DNA of 64,000 nucleotides from Candidatus Krumholzibacteriota bacterium (GTDB lineage Bacteria; Krumholzibacteriota; Krumholzibacteriia; JAJRXK01): positions 27,323 to 91,322 of the forward strand of contig CAWDWO010000037.1 in the NCBI GenBank assembly GCA_963806035.1, in the 5' to 3' direction. Both the position numbers and the translations under genes were made by a program. Under the pieces are notes generated by a model. It was given only the letters and a program-made list of their open reading frames with translations. It did not search any database and was not told where the DNA came from. Shown piece by piece: positions 11,176-21,883 of the stretch. Each line of letters opens with the position of its first letter. The stretch's first letter is position 1.

Positions 11176-13969
11176 TCAGCGATACCCGAAGAGCACCGAG
11201 TAGAGAATGAGACCGATGAGAATCGTGCCCAGTGTGAGCGCGGTGAAGCCGATGATTTTCACCACCAGCATGCGCCGGCGCGAGATGCTGGTGGTCTCCA
11301 CGTAGCGCTTCAAGCCACCCAAGTCCTTCAGATCCGACACCGCCCGTGGACGATCCTTCTTGTACTCCTCGTAGGGTACGACGCCAGTGAAGATCACCGT
11401 GTCCATGGGGAAGGCCTCGGGCCGCAGATGGGTGTTGAAGAAGTGGATGGTGAAGATGAAGCCCACTGCCAGGAGCGCTTCGTCGCTGTGGATGATCGTG
11501 GCGACGTTGATGAGCCAGCCGGGCAGGAACTTGGTGAATACTTCGGGCAACCAGAGCATCAGACCGGAGAGACCGATCACTGCGATCCCCCAGAATACCG
11601 CCAGGTAGTCGAACTTCTCCCAGTAGGTCCAGCGTCCGTATTCAGGCCGCGGGCCCTTACCCCAGAACCACTTGATCGAGGCGATGAACTCCCGGAAGTC
11701 GCGCATGTTGAACATGAGCGAGTTCGGTCCGAAGATGAGATCCTTCAGCGAGACCTTGCGCTTTTTCTTGAAGAGCGCGAGCGAGATCAAGTGGAAGATG
11801 AAGTAGCCGAAGGTGACGATCGCCGCGCCGCGGTGGATCAATCCCGCATTGCGCACCCCACCGAGCATTGCAGCGAGTTTGGCCGCCCAGGGCATGCCGG
11901 AGAACTTCAGCATCATCCCGGTGAGCGCGAGGGTCAAGAAACTGAGAATCACGAAGATGTGCGTGTACTGCTGCGGCTTGGTGAAGCGGCGTACGTAGTG
12001 GCGAGTCCTGCCCTCTTCCGCCGCCCTGCGTTTGCGCTCCCTGAGGTTCTTGAACGAGCGAGGGAGCCACATCAGGGTGTGGATGCCGAAGAAGGTGAAT
12101 ACCCCTACCAGCAGCAGAGTCATGGCCCAGTAGGTGTAGTACAGCACCGGATAGCGCACGGGATCGTGGTGGGTGGCGTGCGTCAGATAACCGGTGAAGC
12201 GACGGTTGGCGTCTTCGTGACACTTCTGACAGGTGGTGACGATGTTGCGGAACGCCACCGAGGACTCGGGATCGTTGACGGACAGAAGTCAGATGCGCGC
12301 CGTGACAGTCGGAGCACTTCGCCGACTGCAAGAAGCCCAACTGATAGGCTTTCCCGTGCATCGTCTCCAGATAGGACTTGGCCAGTTCCGTGTGGCAGGA
12401 GCCGCACTGACCCGTCACCTGCTTCATGAACTCATCCTGCTCGGTCGGCTCGATCCGATGGGAGGAGTGACAGCGAGCGCAGGTCGGGACTTTCTTCTCG
12501 TCCTTGGGGTCGTTGGAGTAGTGGATGCTCTTGATGAAGTCCTTGTAGATGCCTCGATGGCAATTCGCGCAGGTCGCGGGCAGGTTCCGCGGGTACACTT
12601 TCGAGCGATTGTCCGACGAGGGGAGAATCAAGTGAGATCCGTGGCAGTCGATGCAGATCGCGCTGGGTAGAAGCCCCTTTTCGGTCAGCGCGCGTCCGTG
12701 AACGCTCTGGGAATAGTCGTTGTAGGCGCTTTTCTCCTTGAGGTCGGCGGCAGCATTGGCCGCGCCACCCTTGGTGTGGCACTTCCCACAGAGGCTCGGG
12801 ACGTTGGAGCGGAAGGTCAACGAGCGCTCATCGCTGTGACGGTACGCGTTGTGAGTTCCGTGGCAGTCGGTGCAGTACGGCGCCTCCGTGACTCCCTTCA
12901 TCCAATCCTTGCCGTGGCCGCTCTCGAAATACTCCTCGGAGATCTTCGAGTGACACGCCGAGCAATCCACTCTACCCGAAGGCTCACAGGGCCGATCGAG
13001 ACGCGGATCGATGTCGGAGTGGCACTTCACACAGGGGATCGTGGTGTGGGCCGAGTCCTTCAACACGCTCTCATCCACGTACATGGAGAGCGTGTCACCT
13101 TCCGCCGAGACGGCGTGAAGCTTGGAATCCGAATGGCAGTGCAAGCACTCTCGATCGGAGACCGTCATGGCCACCGTCTCTTTGCGCGTGCGATGGGGAC
13201 GGTGGCAGTCGGTGCAGGAGGGAATGGCGCCCGGCTTCTCCTCCCAGAGCTCGCCGCGGATGACCTTGGCGTGCACCTGCTCGATTTGCGCATGACACTT
13301 CATGCAGGTCTGAGCGATGTGGCGCGGCGAGATGCTGGCCCGCGGATCGGTGTGCGGGAGGATCTTGTGGCTGCCGTGGCAGTCGTTGCAAGTCGCGGCG
13401 ACGATGAGCCCCTTCTTGAAGAGCCCCTCGCCGTGGATGCTCTGGCTGTAGTTCTCCAGGATGTTCTTCTGACCAATCTTGTAGGTGCTCGCCACGGGCG
13501 CGCCCTCTCTGTGGCAGCGGCCGCAGGTGAGCGGGATGTTGGTCTTGTACACCTTGGACTTGGGATCGTTGGGCCGCCGGATGTCGTGGATGCCATGACA
13601 GTCGGGGCAGTCGGGCGCGTAAGGTAGGCCTCCGGTGAGAGCCTGCCCGTGAATGCTCGAATCGAAGTCGAGCTGTTCGTCGTCGTGGCAGTTTCCGCAA
13701 CGGACCTTGGCCAGGCGCTCGGGATGATCCTCGCTGGCATCCTCGTGGCAATCCGTGCAGGAAAGATCGCCGTGCACCGAGGCGCTGAAGACCTTCGGAT
13801 TCACGTAGAGCGAGAAGCTCGCACCGTGCCGTTCGGTCGAGAACTCGGGGTCGTCGTGGCACATGAAGCAGGTCTCGTTGTCCGTCTGGGCGCTTGAGAT
13901 CCGCGGCAGCCCGAGGGCCCCGAGCACGACAATTCCCAGGAGGAGGATTCGTGCAAATCCTCGGTTCAT
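11176..13969 (-). CDS. Multiheme cytochrome c (19 CxxCH) fused to a C-terminal membrane cytochrome b (FdnI-like), CbcL-like; frameshift near 12285
   Basis: Signal peptide; 18 CxxCH motifs in ORF 11657..14128 plus CQKCH in ORF 11176..12258; TM helices with [30 protein letters not shown] and IHFFNTH. Confidence 0.88.
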
Positions 13970-14139
13970 GTGACCACTCCGGCGGAAACGGGGGAATCCG
14001 AACGAAAGATCGATAACTGGGTCGAAAACTTGTGATTTGCGAGGCCCTGTCAAGGTGAAGTGGACAGAGTCCGACCCCGGGAGGGACACTGACGGGGCGC
14101 TGAAAAAGGTGAGGTATTTGACCCCCACGGGGAGGAAGC

Positions 14140-14664
14140 ATGCGGAAACTCGCGAATCTCGGGCTGTGCTGCGCTCTGCTCCTGCTGGCGGTGGCGGGAT
14201 GCACCAAGAAAACGGCGCCCTCCCAGGAGCTGATGCACTATCCGCTGGACGGGATGGACGGGGTGATCAGCCGCACCGGGGTCGCCTTCGACCCCGTGGT
14301 ATCCAGCGACGGCCACGGTTCCCTGCACATCACGACGAACGATTCCACCACGATTCGTCTCTTCGAGACCGGGGATGTGAACGTGGAGAACGCAGCCCTT
14401 CGTTACCAAGCCATGCTGCGCACCAAGGATGTGCAGGGACAGGTTTACCTGGAGATGTGGTGCGGGTTTCCCGGCATGGGCGAGTACTTCTCGCGCGGCC
14501 TCCACAGCCAGCTCACAGGCAGCCAGGGGTGGAATTCCCAGCAGACTTCGTTCGTCCTGAAGAAGGGTGAGAATCCCGATCAGGTGCGGCTCAATCTGGT
14601 GGTCACCGGGCCCGGTGAAGTCTGGATCGACGACATTCACCTCACGGCAGCGCCGCTGGAGTGA
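14140..14664 (+). CDS. Hypothetical lipoprotein, possible carbohydrate-binding beta-sandwich
   Basis: Lipobox VAGC; C-terminal GEVWIDDIHL; RBS GGAGG. Confidence 0.65.
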   Translation: MRKLANLGLCCALLLLAVAGCTKKTAPSQELMHYPLDGMDGVISRTGVAFDPVVSSDGHGSLHITTNDSTTIRLFETGDVNVENAALRYQAMLRTKDVQGQVYLEMWCGFPGMGEYFSRGLHSQLTGSQGWNSQQTSFVLKKGENPDQVRLNLVVTGPGEVWIDDIHLTAAPLE

Positions 14665-14713
14665 TCCGGGCGCGTTCGGGCATTCCCTGCCTCCGACTGC
14701 GCGAACCGGGCGC

Positions 14714-15181
14714 CTAGGATTTCAGCATGCCCTCGGGCATCTCGACGCACACCACTTTCCCGGTGGCGCACACGACACCATCCGCGGACAACTCGGCGCT
14801 CACCACCACCTTTCGTCCCTTGATCTCTTCGATGGTGCCGCGGATCACCAGCTCCGGACCCATGGGGGTGGGCTTCAGGTAATTCACGTGCAGAGCGGCC
14901 GTCACGAAACGGGGGATCTCCTCGCCCTCCTTCCCACCGCGGTGGCGATGCATGGCGGCCGCGGCGGATCCGGTACCGTGGCAGTCGATGAGGGAGGCGA
15001 TGAGTCCGCCATAGACGTATCCCACGATCGCGGTGTGGTAGGGTTTGGGTTGGAATGTGCAGACGGTCTCGTCACCGTCCCAGTAGCTCTTGATTTGGTG
15101 CCCGTGCTCGTTCAGAGCCCCACAGCCGTAGCACTGCTGGACGTCTTCGGGATAGAGATCTTGGAATGCGGCCTTACTCAT
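14714..15181 (-). CDS. PaaI-family thioesterase (hotdog fold)
   Basis: CYGCGALNEHG, VYGGLIASLIDCHG, VTAALHVNYLKPTP. Confidence 0.85.
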   Translation of the reverse strand: MSKAAFQDLYPEDVQQCYGCGALNEHGHQIKSYWDGDETVCTFQPKPYHTAIVGYVYGGLIASLIDCHGTGSAAAAMHRHRGGKEGEEIPRFVTAALHVNYLKPTPMGPELVIRGTIEEIKGRKVVVSAELSADGVVCATGKVVCVEMPEGMLKS

Positions 15182-16202
15182 GCTTCTCCTCTTCTGCTGC
15201 TGGAGCCAGAGCCTGTAGGTACTGTTGCAGTTTTTCCTGCTGCTCGATCTTCATCTTGCCTTCGGACACCGTGATGGCACGCATCTCGGCGAGTGCGGCG
15301 CCGACCAGATCCCCGCGGGCAGCGAGAACGCTTGCCAGACCATCGAGATGTCCTGGAGCTTCGAATCGTGTGGCGCTGACTGCCAGCTGCGCTGCCCGCA
15401 CTGCGAGATCGAAGAGGGGGGAGGGAACCTCGCCCTCCGCCTTGGTGAGCTGGAGAGCGAGCCCCGTAAAGAGCTTGGGATCAGCTACTTCGGCGTAGTC
15501 GCTCAGAAGCCGGCGCGCCAGTGAGCTTGCTTCGTCCCACTGCTGCCCCGCGACGGCCGCGTCGAATTGGCTTCGCAGATCCTTGGCGGCGCGGCTTTGT
15601 TGAAACTCGAGGCGCGCCCGCGCCATGTCGAAATTGCCCGACAGGAGGGCTTGAATCCTCGGCTCCACGCTGTGTGGATTTCCGACCCACAGCAGGCGAC
15701 CTTGCCCATCCAGGAGGAAGGCCTTTGGCAGACTCATCGTGCCCAGGCGTTGCATCCAGTCGTGGACGAAAATCCCCTGCAGCTTCTTGTCGCTGGAGAG
15801 GCTGGGGGAAAGCCACGCCAACCGGTACTTGATCTTGTTCTTGCGGCCATCAACGAAGTTCTTCACCGCAGGGAGCTCGTTACCCCACTTGTCCTCGGAG
15901 GTGATGCCGATCACCACGAGCCCGTCCCCTCGATACCGGTCTTGGAGAGACTGGAGCAAGGGCATGCTCGCCAGACACGGCGTACACCATGTCGCCCAGA
16001 GATCGATCAGGTAGTAGTGGCCCTCTTGCCAGTTCTCGATGGGGTCGCCCTGGAGCCATTCCTGCACGTTCAGGAAGGGTAGGGTGTCTCCGACCGCCAG
16101 GGGCTGGTTTGGGGTCTGGGCCCGAGAATTCCCGCTGCCCCAGAGCAGAGCGATGAGGAGCAGGAAGAGTCGATGGCGGACGGTGGCGCGAAGCTGGCAC
16201 AT
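15174..16202 (-). CDS. Exported TlpA-family thiol-disulfide oxidoreductase with helical C-terminus
   Basis: Signal peptide; IDLWATWCTPC; cis-Pro loop SLPKAFLLDGQG. Confidence 0.8.
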   Translation of the reverse strand: MCQLRATVRHRLFLLLIALLWGSGNSRAQTPNQPLAVGDTLPFLNVQEWLQGDPIENWQEGHYYLIDLWATWCTPCLASMPLLQSLQDRYRGDGLVVIGITSEDKWGNELPAVKNFVDGRKNKIKYRLAWLSPSLSSDKKLQGIFVHDWMQRLGTMSLPKAFLLDGQGRLLWVGNPHSVEPRIQALLSGNFDMARARLEFQQSRAAKDLRSQFDAAVAGQQWDEASSLARRLLSDYAEVADPKLFTGLALQLTKAEGEVPSPLFDLAVRAAQLAVSATRFEAPGHLDGLASVLAARGDLVGAALAEMRAITVSEGKMKIEQQEKLQQYLQALAPAAEEEKHE

Positions 16203-16385
16203 CGGGGCGCTCCTTGTCTGGTCGATGGCTGGACGGGGGATTGGTGATTGAATGGGTAGATAACAACAAGCTAAGCGGCGGGAACGGCGGCGTCGAGTCG
16301 GATCTCCGCACAAAGCAAGACGCGAAAGGCGACGCCTGCTAAACTGCGATGGGCAACCGGGCCGTTTGCGCAAGGAGAGCTGGTA

Positions 16386-16739
16386 GTGCTGGGCAAGAAT
16401 TTGGGCGATTACGAGATCATCGCATCCCTGGGAAGCGGGGGGATGGGGGAGGTCTACCGCGCCCGGGACCGTCAGCTCGGGCGCGAAGTCGCCCTCAAAT
16501 TGCTGCGCGAGGATCTCGGCGCCGATGCCAAACTGCTCAGCCGATTGGGGCAGGAAGCGCGCACCCTCGCCAGTCTCAACCATCCCAACATCGCGACTCT
16601 CTTCGCGTTTACTCGAGCCGGCGGGCGCTGCTTTCTGGTAATGGAGTTGGTGGAGGGGAACGATCTCCAGCAGCGTCTGCTCGAGGGGCCCCTGGACACC
16701 GCGCAGGCCATTCGCGTGGCCGCTCAGGGACGCAGGTAG
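16386..16739 (+). pseudogene. Truncated Ser/Thr kinase (N-lobe only)
   Basis: LGSGGMGEVYRARD...VALK...LNHPNI...LVMELVEG. Similarity stops before HRDLKP, at the msrA stop codon. Confidence 0.8.
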
Positions 16740-17838
16740 TGGCAGGTGTAGCCACCGGGATGCTTCACCAGATAGTCCTGATGATATTCCTCGGCGCGAT
16801 AGAAGGCCGAGGCGGGAACGATCTCGGTGACCACGGGATTCTTCCATTTGCCCGATGCGTCCACCTCGGCTTTCACCTTCTCGGCGATCTCGCGCTGCTC
16901 TTCGCCGTGATAGAAGATCGCCGAACGGTACGAGGTGCCGATGTCGTTGCCCTGCCGGTTCTTGGTGGTGGGATCGTGCATGCGGAAGAAGTATCCCAGC
17001 AGCTCCTCGAAACTGATCTTCGAGGGATCGAAGGTGATCTGGATCGCTTCCGCGTGACCGGTGTTGCCGCTGTGCACTTCCTCGTAGCTGGGATTCTTGG
17101 TGGTTCCACCGGTGTACCCCACGACCGTGTCCAGCACTCCCGGGATCTTGCGGAGGATGTCCTCCATGCCCCAGAAACAACCGCCGGCCAGAGTGGCGAT
17201 CTCGGTTTTTGGCTTGTCCATGTTGTTGTCTTTCTTCTCGGCGGATTGAAAGAGGACCAGGTAGTTGCCGTAGCCTTCGCTCTTCAACTGAGAGACGGGA
17301 ATGAAACGCAGCGCGGCCGAGTTGATGCAGTAACGCAGACCATCGGGACGGGGTCCGTCGGGAAAGACGTGGCCGAGATGGGAGTCGGCGCTCTTGGAAC
17401 GAATTTCGATCCGCGCGTCATTCCCAGACTCTTGTCGACATCCTCGGTCACCGCATCGGGATCCACGGGGCGGGTGAAGCTGGGCCAGCCGCAGCCGGAA
17501 TCGTACTTGTCCATGGACGTGAAGAGGGGCTCTCCGGAGACGACATCCACGTAGAGTCCGGGCTCGTGATTGTCCCAGTACTCGTTCTGGAAGGCCCTTT
17601 CGGTGGCCGCCTTCTGGGTCACCTGGTACTGCAGGGGCTTCAGCTCCTTGCGCAGCGTGGCATCGTCGGGCTTCTGGTAGTGCTTCCAGGAACTGTCGGG
17701 ATTTTCTTTTACCATGGGTCGCTTCGCCGTTTTCTCGGGTTTCTTCGCGTAGGCCGGCGCGCTCGCCAGCATCGCTGCCACGGCGACGCCGGCCATCAAG
17801 GTCCAAAGGGCCTGGAATTTCTTGACTCGGGTTCTCAC
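16724..17838 (-). CDS. msrAB: Exported bifunctional methionine sulfoxide reductase MsrB-MsrA; frameshift near 17415
   Basis: Signal peptide; Msr[28 protein letters not shown]; Msr[15 protein letters not shown]. Confidence 0.93.
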
Positions 17839-17945
17839 GGCATCCTCCTGGGGAAAGCGACTGGGTGCACGACTCTTCTATCTCCGTCTGGCGAACTTAC
17901 GAAGCAAAGCCCAAGTCGTGACCGTCCATCCCGTCTGCGAGCCCT

Positions 17946-19073
17946 TCAGCTCAGGCGTTTCTGGAAACGTTGCGCCGCCGAACCAAAGACAAACAAACCC
18001 ATGCCGGTGAGAATGGCCAGGTCCCGCCATAGATCGAGGAATCCGGACCCTTTGAGGAATATCCCCCGCACGATCTCCATGATGTAGCGCACCGGGTCGG
18101 CAGCCGAGATCCACTGCGCCCAGCGCGGCATGTTCTCCACGGGGTAGAAGAAGCCGCTCATGAGGATCCCGAAGACCAAAAAGAACCAGACCGTGAGCAT
18201 GGCCTGCTGCTGGGTCTGCGAGAGGGTCGAGGCCAAGAGCCCCACGCCGAGGGTCACCAGCAGGTAGGCCATGCCGGACAGGGCGAGCAGTGGGATCGAA
18301 CCCTCCAGGGGCAAATGGAACCAAAGCACGGCCACCACGCCCGCGAAGCAGAATTCGAAGAAGGCAACCACCACGAAGGGGATGGTCTTGCCCGCCACCA
18401 ACTCGAAGGGACGCAGGGGACTCACCAGGAGTTGTTCGAGGGTCCCGATTTCTTTCTCCCGCACCACCGCCATCCCCGTCAGTAGGGAGGAGATGACCGT
18501 GATCAAGAGGACGAGGATTCCCGGCACCATGAAGAAGCGGCTCTCGAGCTGCGGATTGTAGAAGAAGCGTGTGATTCCGGCGACCCGGGCCACACCTCCT
18601 GAGGCGCTTTCAGGCTCGAAGCCCCTCTCGCGCAGCATCCGCTGCGTCTCGCGCGCCACGATGATCTGCGCGTAGCCGCTGGCGCGCCCCGCCACGCTGC
18701 TGTTTTGTCCGTCCACTCGAATTTGGACGCCGGGAGTTTTGCCCTCGGCCAGATCTCTCGCGAATCCCTTGGGAATCCAGAGCGTCACCCGCGCGCGTTC
18801 GCTGGTGAGATAATTCTGAAGCTCGGTGGGATCGTGCGCGATGGGACCGGGCACGAAAACGTCGCAATGGAAAAAGGAATTCACCAGGCGGCGCGACACA
18901 GCGCTCTGATCCTGGTCGAGCGCGGAGACCGGCACGTTGTGCAGATCGGTATTGGCAGCGTAGGAAAACACGAGCAGTTGAACCAACGGAACTGCGAAGA
19001 TGATGCGCAGCATACCGGGATCACGGAAGATCTGCCGGAATTCCTTACGGATGAGAGTTCGAAGCGCGCGCAT
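17946..19073 (-). CDS. ABC-2 efflux permease (YbhR-like)
   Basis: IRKEFRQIFRD, VREKEIGTLEQLLVSP, multiple TM helices. Confidence 0.88.
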   Translation of the reverse strand: MRALRTLIRKEFRQIFRDPGMLRIIFAVPLVQLLVFSYAANTDLHNVPVSALDQDQSAVSRRLVNSFFHCDVFVPGPIAHDPTELQNYLTSERARVTLWIPKGFARDLAEGKTPGVQIRVDGQNSSVAGRASGYAQIIVARETQRMLRERGFEPESASGGVARVAGITRFFYNPQLESRFFMVPGILVLLITVISSLLTGMAVVREKEIGTLEQLLVSPLRPFELVAGKTIPFVVVAFFEFCFAGVVAVLWFHLPLEGSIPLLALSGMAYLLVTLGVGLLASTLSQTQQQAMLTVWFFLVFGILMSGFFYPVENMPRWAQWISAADPVRYIMEIVRGIFLKGSGFLDLWRDLAILTGMGLFVFGSAAQRFQKRLS

Positions 19074-19077
19074 TGCA

Positions 19078-20196
19078 TTACTCCAAGGTGGCACGGAAGC
19101 GACGTGTGGCCGCGCCGGTGAAAACCAGCAAGAGGACGAGCATGATCGCCAAATCGCGCCCGAACCAGAATTCACCCTTCAGGAGAATTCCGTGCACGAT
19201 GCGGATGTAATGCGTTGCGGGAATGATCTCTCCAATCATCCGCAAGGGGAGCGGCATGCCACGCAGTTCGAAGATGAAGCCCGAGAGGATGAGACTGGGT
19301 AGATAGGTCGCGACCAGTGCGAACATCATCGCATTGCGCTGCGAGCCGGCGAGGGCTGAGATCAACAGGCCCAGAGAGAGCGCGATCATGATGTAAACGA
19401 GACTGTAGGCAGCCAGTACCCACCAAGAGCCGTGCATGGGGACTCCAAAGACCAGCCGACCCACCGCCAGTACCAGGGAGGCGTCGATCGCGCCCAATCC
19501 CACATAGGGGAGGAGCTTGCCCACAATGACTTGCAGGGGTGTCACCGGAGTGGTCAACACCTGCTCCAGGGTGCCCGTCTCCTTTTCACGGGCGAGGGCG
19601 ATGCTGGTGAGCAGGGCGCAGATCATCATGAGGACGACCGCCACCAGGCCCGGAACCACGAAGTAGGCGCTCTTTAGCTCGGGGTTGAAATCGATCCGCA
19701 GACGTGGATCGACGGGGATCGCCGAGGCAGCGAGCGTGGCGGCAGCGCCTGAGTTCGCCAGTTCCCTGTTGAATTGCAGCAGAACCGTGTTCAGATAGTT
19801 GTCTACGGTGGCCGCGGTGGTGCCGTCCGCGCCGTCGATCAAAATTTGCACGGGAGAATTCTCGTCTTTTTCGAGACCTCGAGCGAAGTGGCGCGGGATG
19901 ACCACGGCCGCGCGGAAGCGGCTTGTACGAAATCCCGCCCCGATTTCATCGCGCGTTCTCAGCCGCCCCGCGTCCACGATGAATCCGCTGGATGTCATGT
20001 TGCGGATGAGCGCGCGGCTCGCGGGACTGTGATCTTGGTCCAGAAAGGCCACGGGGAGGTGCTTGAGTTCCATGTCGATGGCAAAGCCGAAAATGAGCAC
20101 CATCGCCAGAGGCATGAGAATGGCAACGCCCAGACTTCTGCGGTCGCGCAGAATGTGATAGACCTCCTTGCGGGCCATTGCAAAAACGCGCTTCAT
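19078..20196 (-). CDS. ABC-2 efflux permease (YbhS-like)
   Basis: ARKEVYHILRD, AREKETGTLEQVLTTP. Confidence 0.88.
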   Translation of the reverse strand: MKRVFAMARKEVYHILRDRRSLGVAILMPLAMVLIFGFAIDMELKHLPVAFLDQDHSPASRALIRNMTSSGFIVDAGRLRTRDEIGAGFRTSRFRAAVVIPRHFARGLEKDENSPVQILIDGADGTTAATVDNYLNTVLLQFNRELANSGAAATLAASAIPVDPRLRIDFNPELKSAYFVVPGLVAVVLMMICALLTSIALAREKETGTLEQVLTTPVTPLQVIVGKLLPYVGLGAIDASLVLAVGRLVFGVPMHGSWWVLAAYSLVYIMIALSLGLLISALAGSQRNAMMFALVATYLPSLILSGFIFELRGMPLPLRMIGEIIPATHYIRIVHGILLKGEFWFGRDLAIMLVLLLVFTGAATRRFRATLE

Positions 20197-20928
20197 GATC
20201 CCACCAGCTCCAGAAAGACATCCTGCATGCTCGAAGTACCCGTGCGTTCCTTCAGTTTTTGCGGACTATCCAACGCTTCGATTTTGCCGTGAACCATGAT
20301 CGAGACGCGGCCACAGTACTCGGCTTCGTCCATGTAGTGGGTGGTGACGAAGACGGTGGTGCCGGAGTCGGCCAACTCGTAGATGAGGTCCCAGAATTGG
20401 CGGCGCGCTACCGGATCGACCCCGCCGGTGGGCTCATCGAGAAAGACGATCTTCGGTTCGTGCAACACTGCGCAGCCCAGGGCCAGACGCTGCTTGTACC
20501 CCAAGGGCAACGACGCCGTTGCATTCTCTCCTGCATCTCGCTCAGCCCCAGGCGCGTGACCAGTTCGCGGGAGCGCTCGCGGATTTTGCCGGCATCCATC
20601 CCGTAGATCCCGCCGTAGAATTCCAGAGTTCTCGTGCACGCGCAGATCGTCGTAGAGGCTGAAGCGCTGGCTCATGTAACCGATCTTGCGCTTGATTCGC
20701 TCGCCGTGGCGGTTGACCGAGAGCCCTCCGACCCAGGCTTCGCCATCGCTGGGTGCCAGAAGTCCACAGAACATACGGATGGCGGTGGTCTTGCCCGCGC
20801 CGTTCGCGCCCAAGAAATCCGAAGATCTCGCCGGGTTCCACCGCCAAGGAGATGTGATCGACGGCGGTGAAGTCGCCGAAACGCCGCGTGAGGCCCTCCG
20901 CGTAGACTGCATACTCGTCGTGTGTCAT
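20193..20928 (-). CDS. ABC transporter ATP-binding protein (YbhF C-half-like), frameshifted
   Basis: [41 protein letters not shown]. Confidence 0.85.
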
Positions 20929-21875
20929 GTCGTCGCCTCCTGCTGATGGAGAGTGAGTTCGACGAAGACGTCCTCGGTGGAAGGGTGCGTGGGTGAAAGT
21001 GTCACTTCGAGCTGCGCCAGGCGCGCACGAATGGCCTGAAGCTGTTGGTCCTCGTCATAGACCACGTGCAAGCGGTCGCCAAAACGATGCACGGAGAGCT
21101 TGTCGAATCCCAAGAGCGTCGAGCGCGCTTCCTTGAGATCTTTGCCGGTGAGCTCGATCAGTTTGCGCGGAAAGACGCCGGGAATTTTCTCGGGAGCGCC
21201 CTGCACCAGCACGCGGCCTTTGTGCATCAGCACGACGCGATCGCAGAGATCGGCTTCGTCCATGTAGGGAGTGCTGACCAGGAGCGCGAGGCCCTCGCCG
21301 GCCAGCTCGCGCAGAATCCGCCAGAATTCGCGCCGGCTGACCGGGTCGACCCCGGTAGTGGGCTCGTCCAGCACCAGAACTTCAGGCGTGTGGATCAGCG
21401 TGCAGCTCAGGGCGAGCTTCTGTTTCATTCCCCCAGAGAGTTGGCCGGCGCGCCGCGAACGGAATTCACCGAGTTGGCTGAACTCCATCAGGCGCGCCTC
21501 CCGATCCTGCCGGGCCTGGCCGGTCACTCCGAACATGTCCGCGAAGAAGCGCAGGTTTTCGGCCACGCTCAAGTCCGGGTACAGGCTGAAGCGTTGCGGC
21601 ATGTAACCCAGGTGGTGCTTGAGTTCGCGGGCCTCGCGTTGGCTGTCGAAGCTCAGAACCCGCGTGCTTCCCTCATCGGGCCGAAGTAAGCCACATACGA
21701 TACGCATCGAAGTGGTCTTGCCGGCTCCGTCGGGACCGATGAGCCCGACGATCTCACCGCGACCCACCTGCAAGCTGAGATTGTCGACCGCCAGTGTCTC
21801 CCCGTAGCTCTTGCGGAGTTTTTCGATCTGAATCGCGGGGCCGGTCTGGTCACTCTTCGTTTGCAGCGCGTTCAT
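20925..21875 (-). CDS. ABC transporter ATP-binding protein (YbhF N-half-like)
   Basis: [29 protein letters not shown]. Confidence 0.9.
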   Translation of the reverse strand: MNALQTKSDQTGPAIQIEKLRKSYGETLAVDNLSLQVGRGEIVGLIGPDGAGKTTSMRIVCGLLRPDEGSTRVLSFDSQREARELKHHLGYMPQRFSLYPDLSVAENLRFFADMFGVTGQARQDREARLMEFSQLGEFRSRRAGQLSGGMKQKLALSCTLIHTPEVLVLDEPTTGVDPVSRREFWRILRELAGEGLALLVSTPYMDEADLCDRVVLMHKGRVLVQGAPEKIPGVFPRKLIELTGKDLKEARSTLLGFDKLSVHRFGDRLHVVYDEDQQLQAIRARLAQLEVTLSPTHPSTEDVFVELTLHQQEATT

Positions 21876-21883
21876 GACGGGCC

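Noticed and set aside
17400..17430. Programmed frameshift in msrBA or other split genes
   Set aside because: No consistent slippery heptamer or downstream structure. The breaks fall mid-domain, like the other assembly indels.
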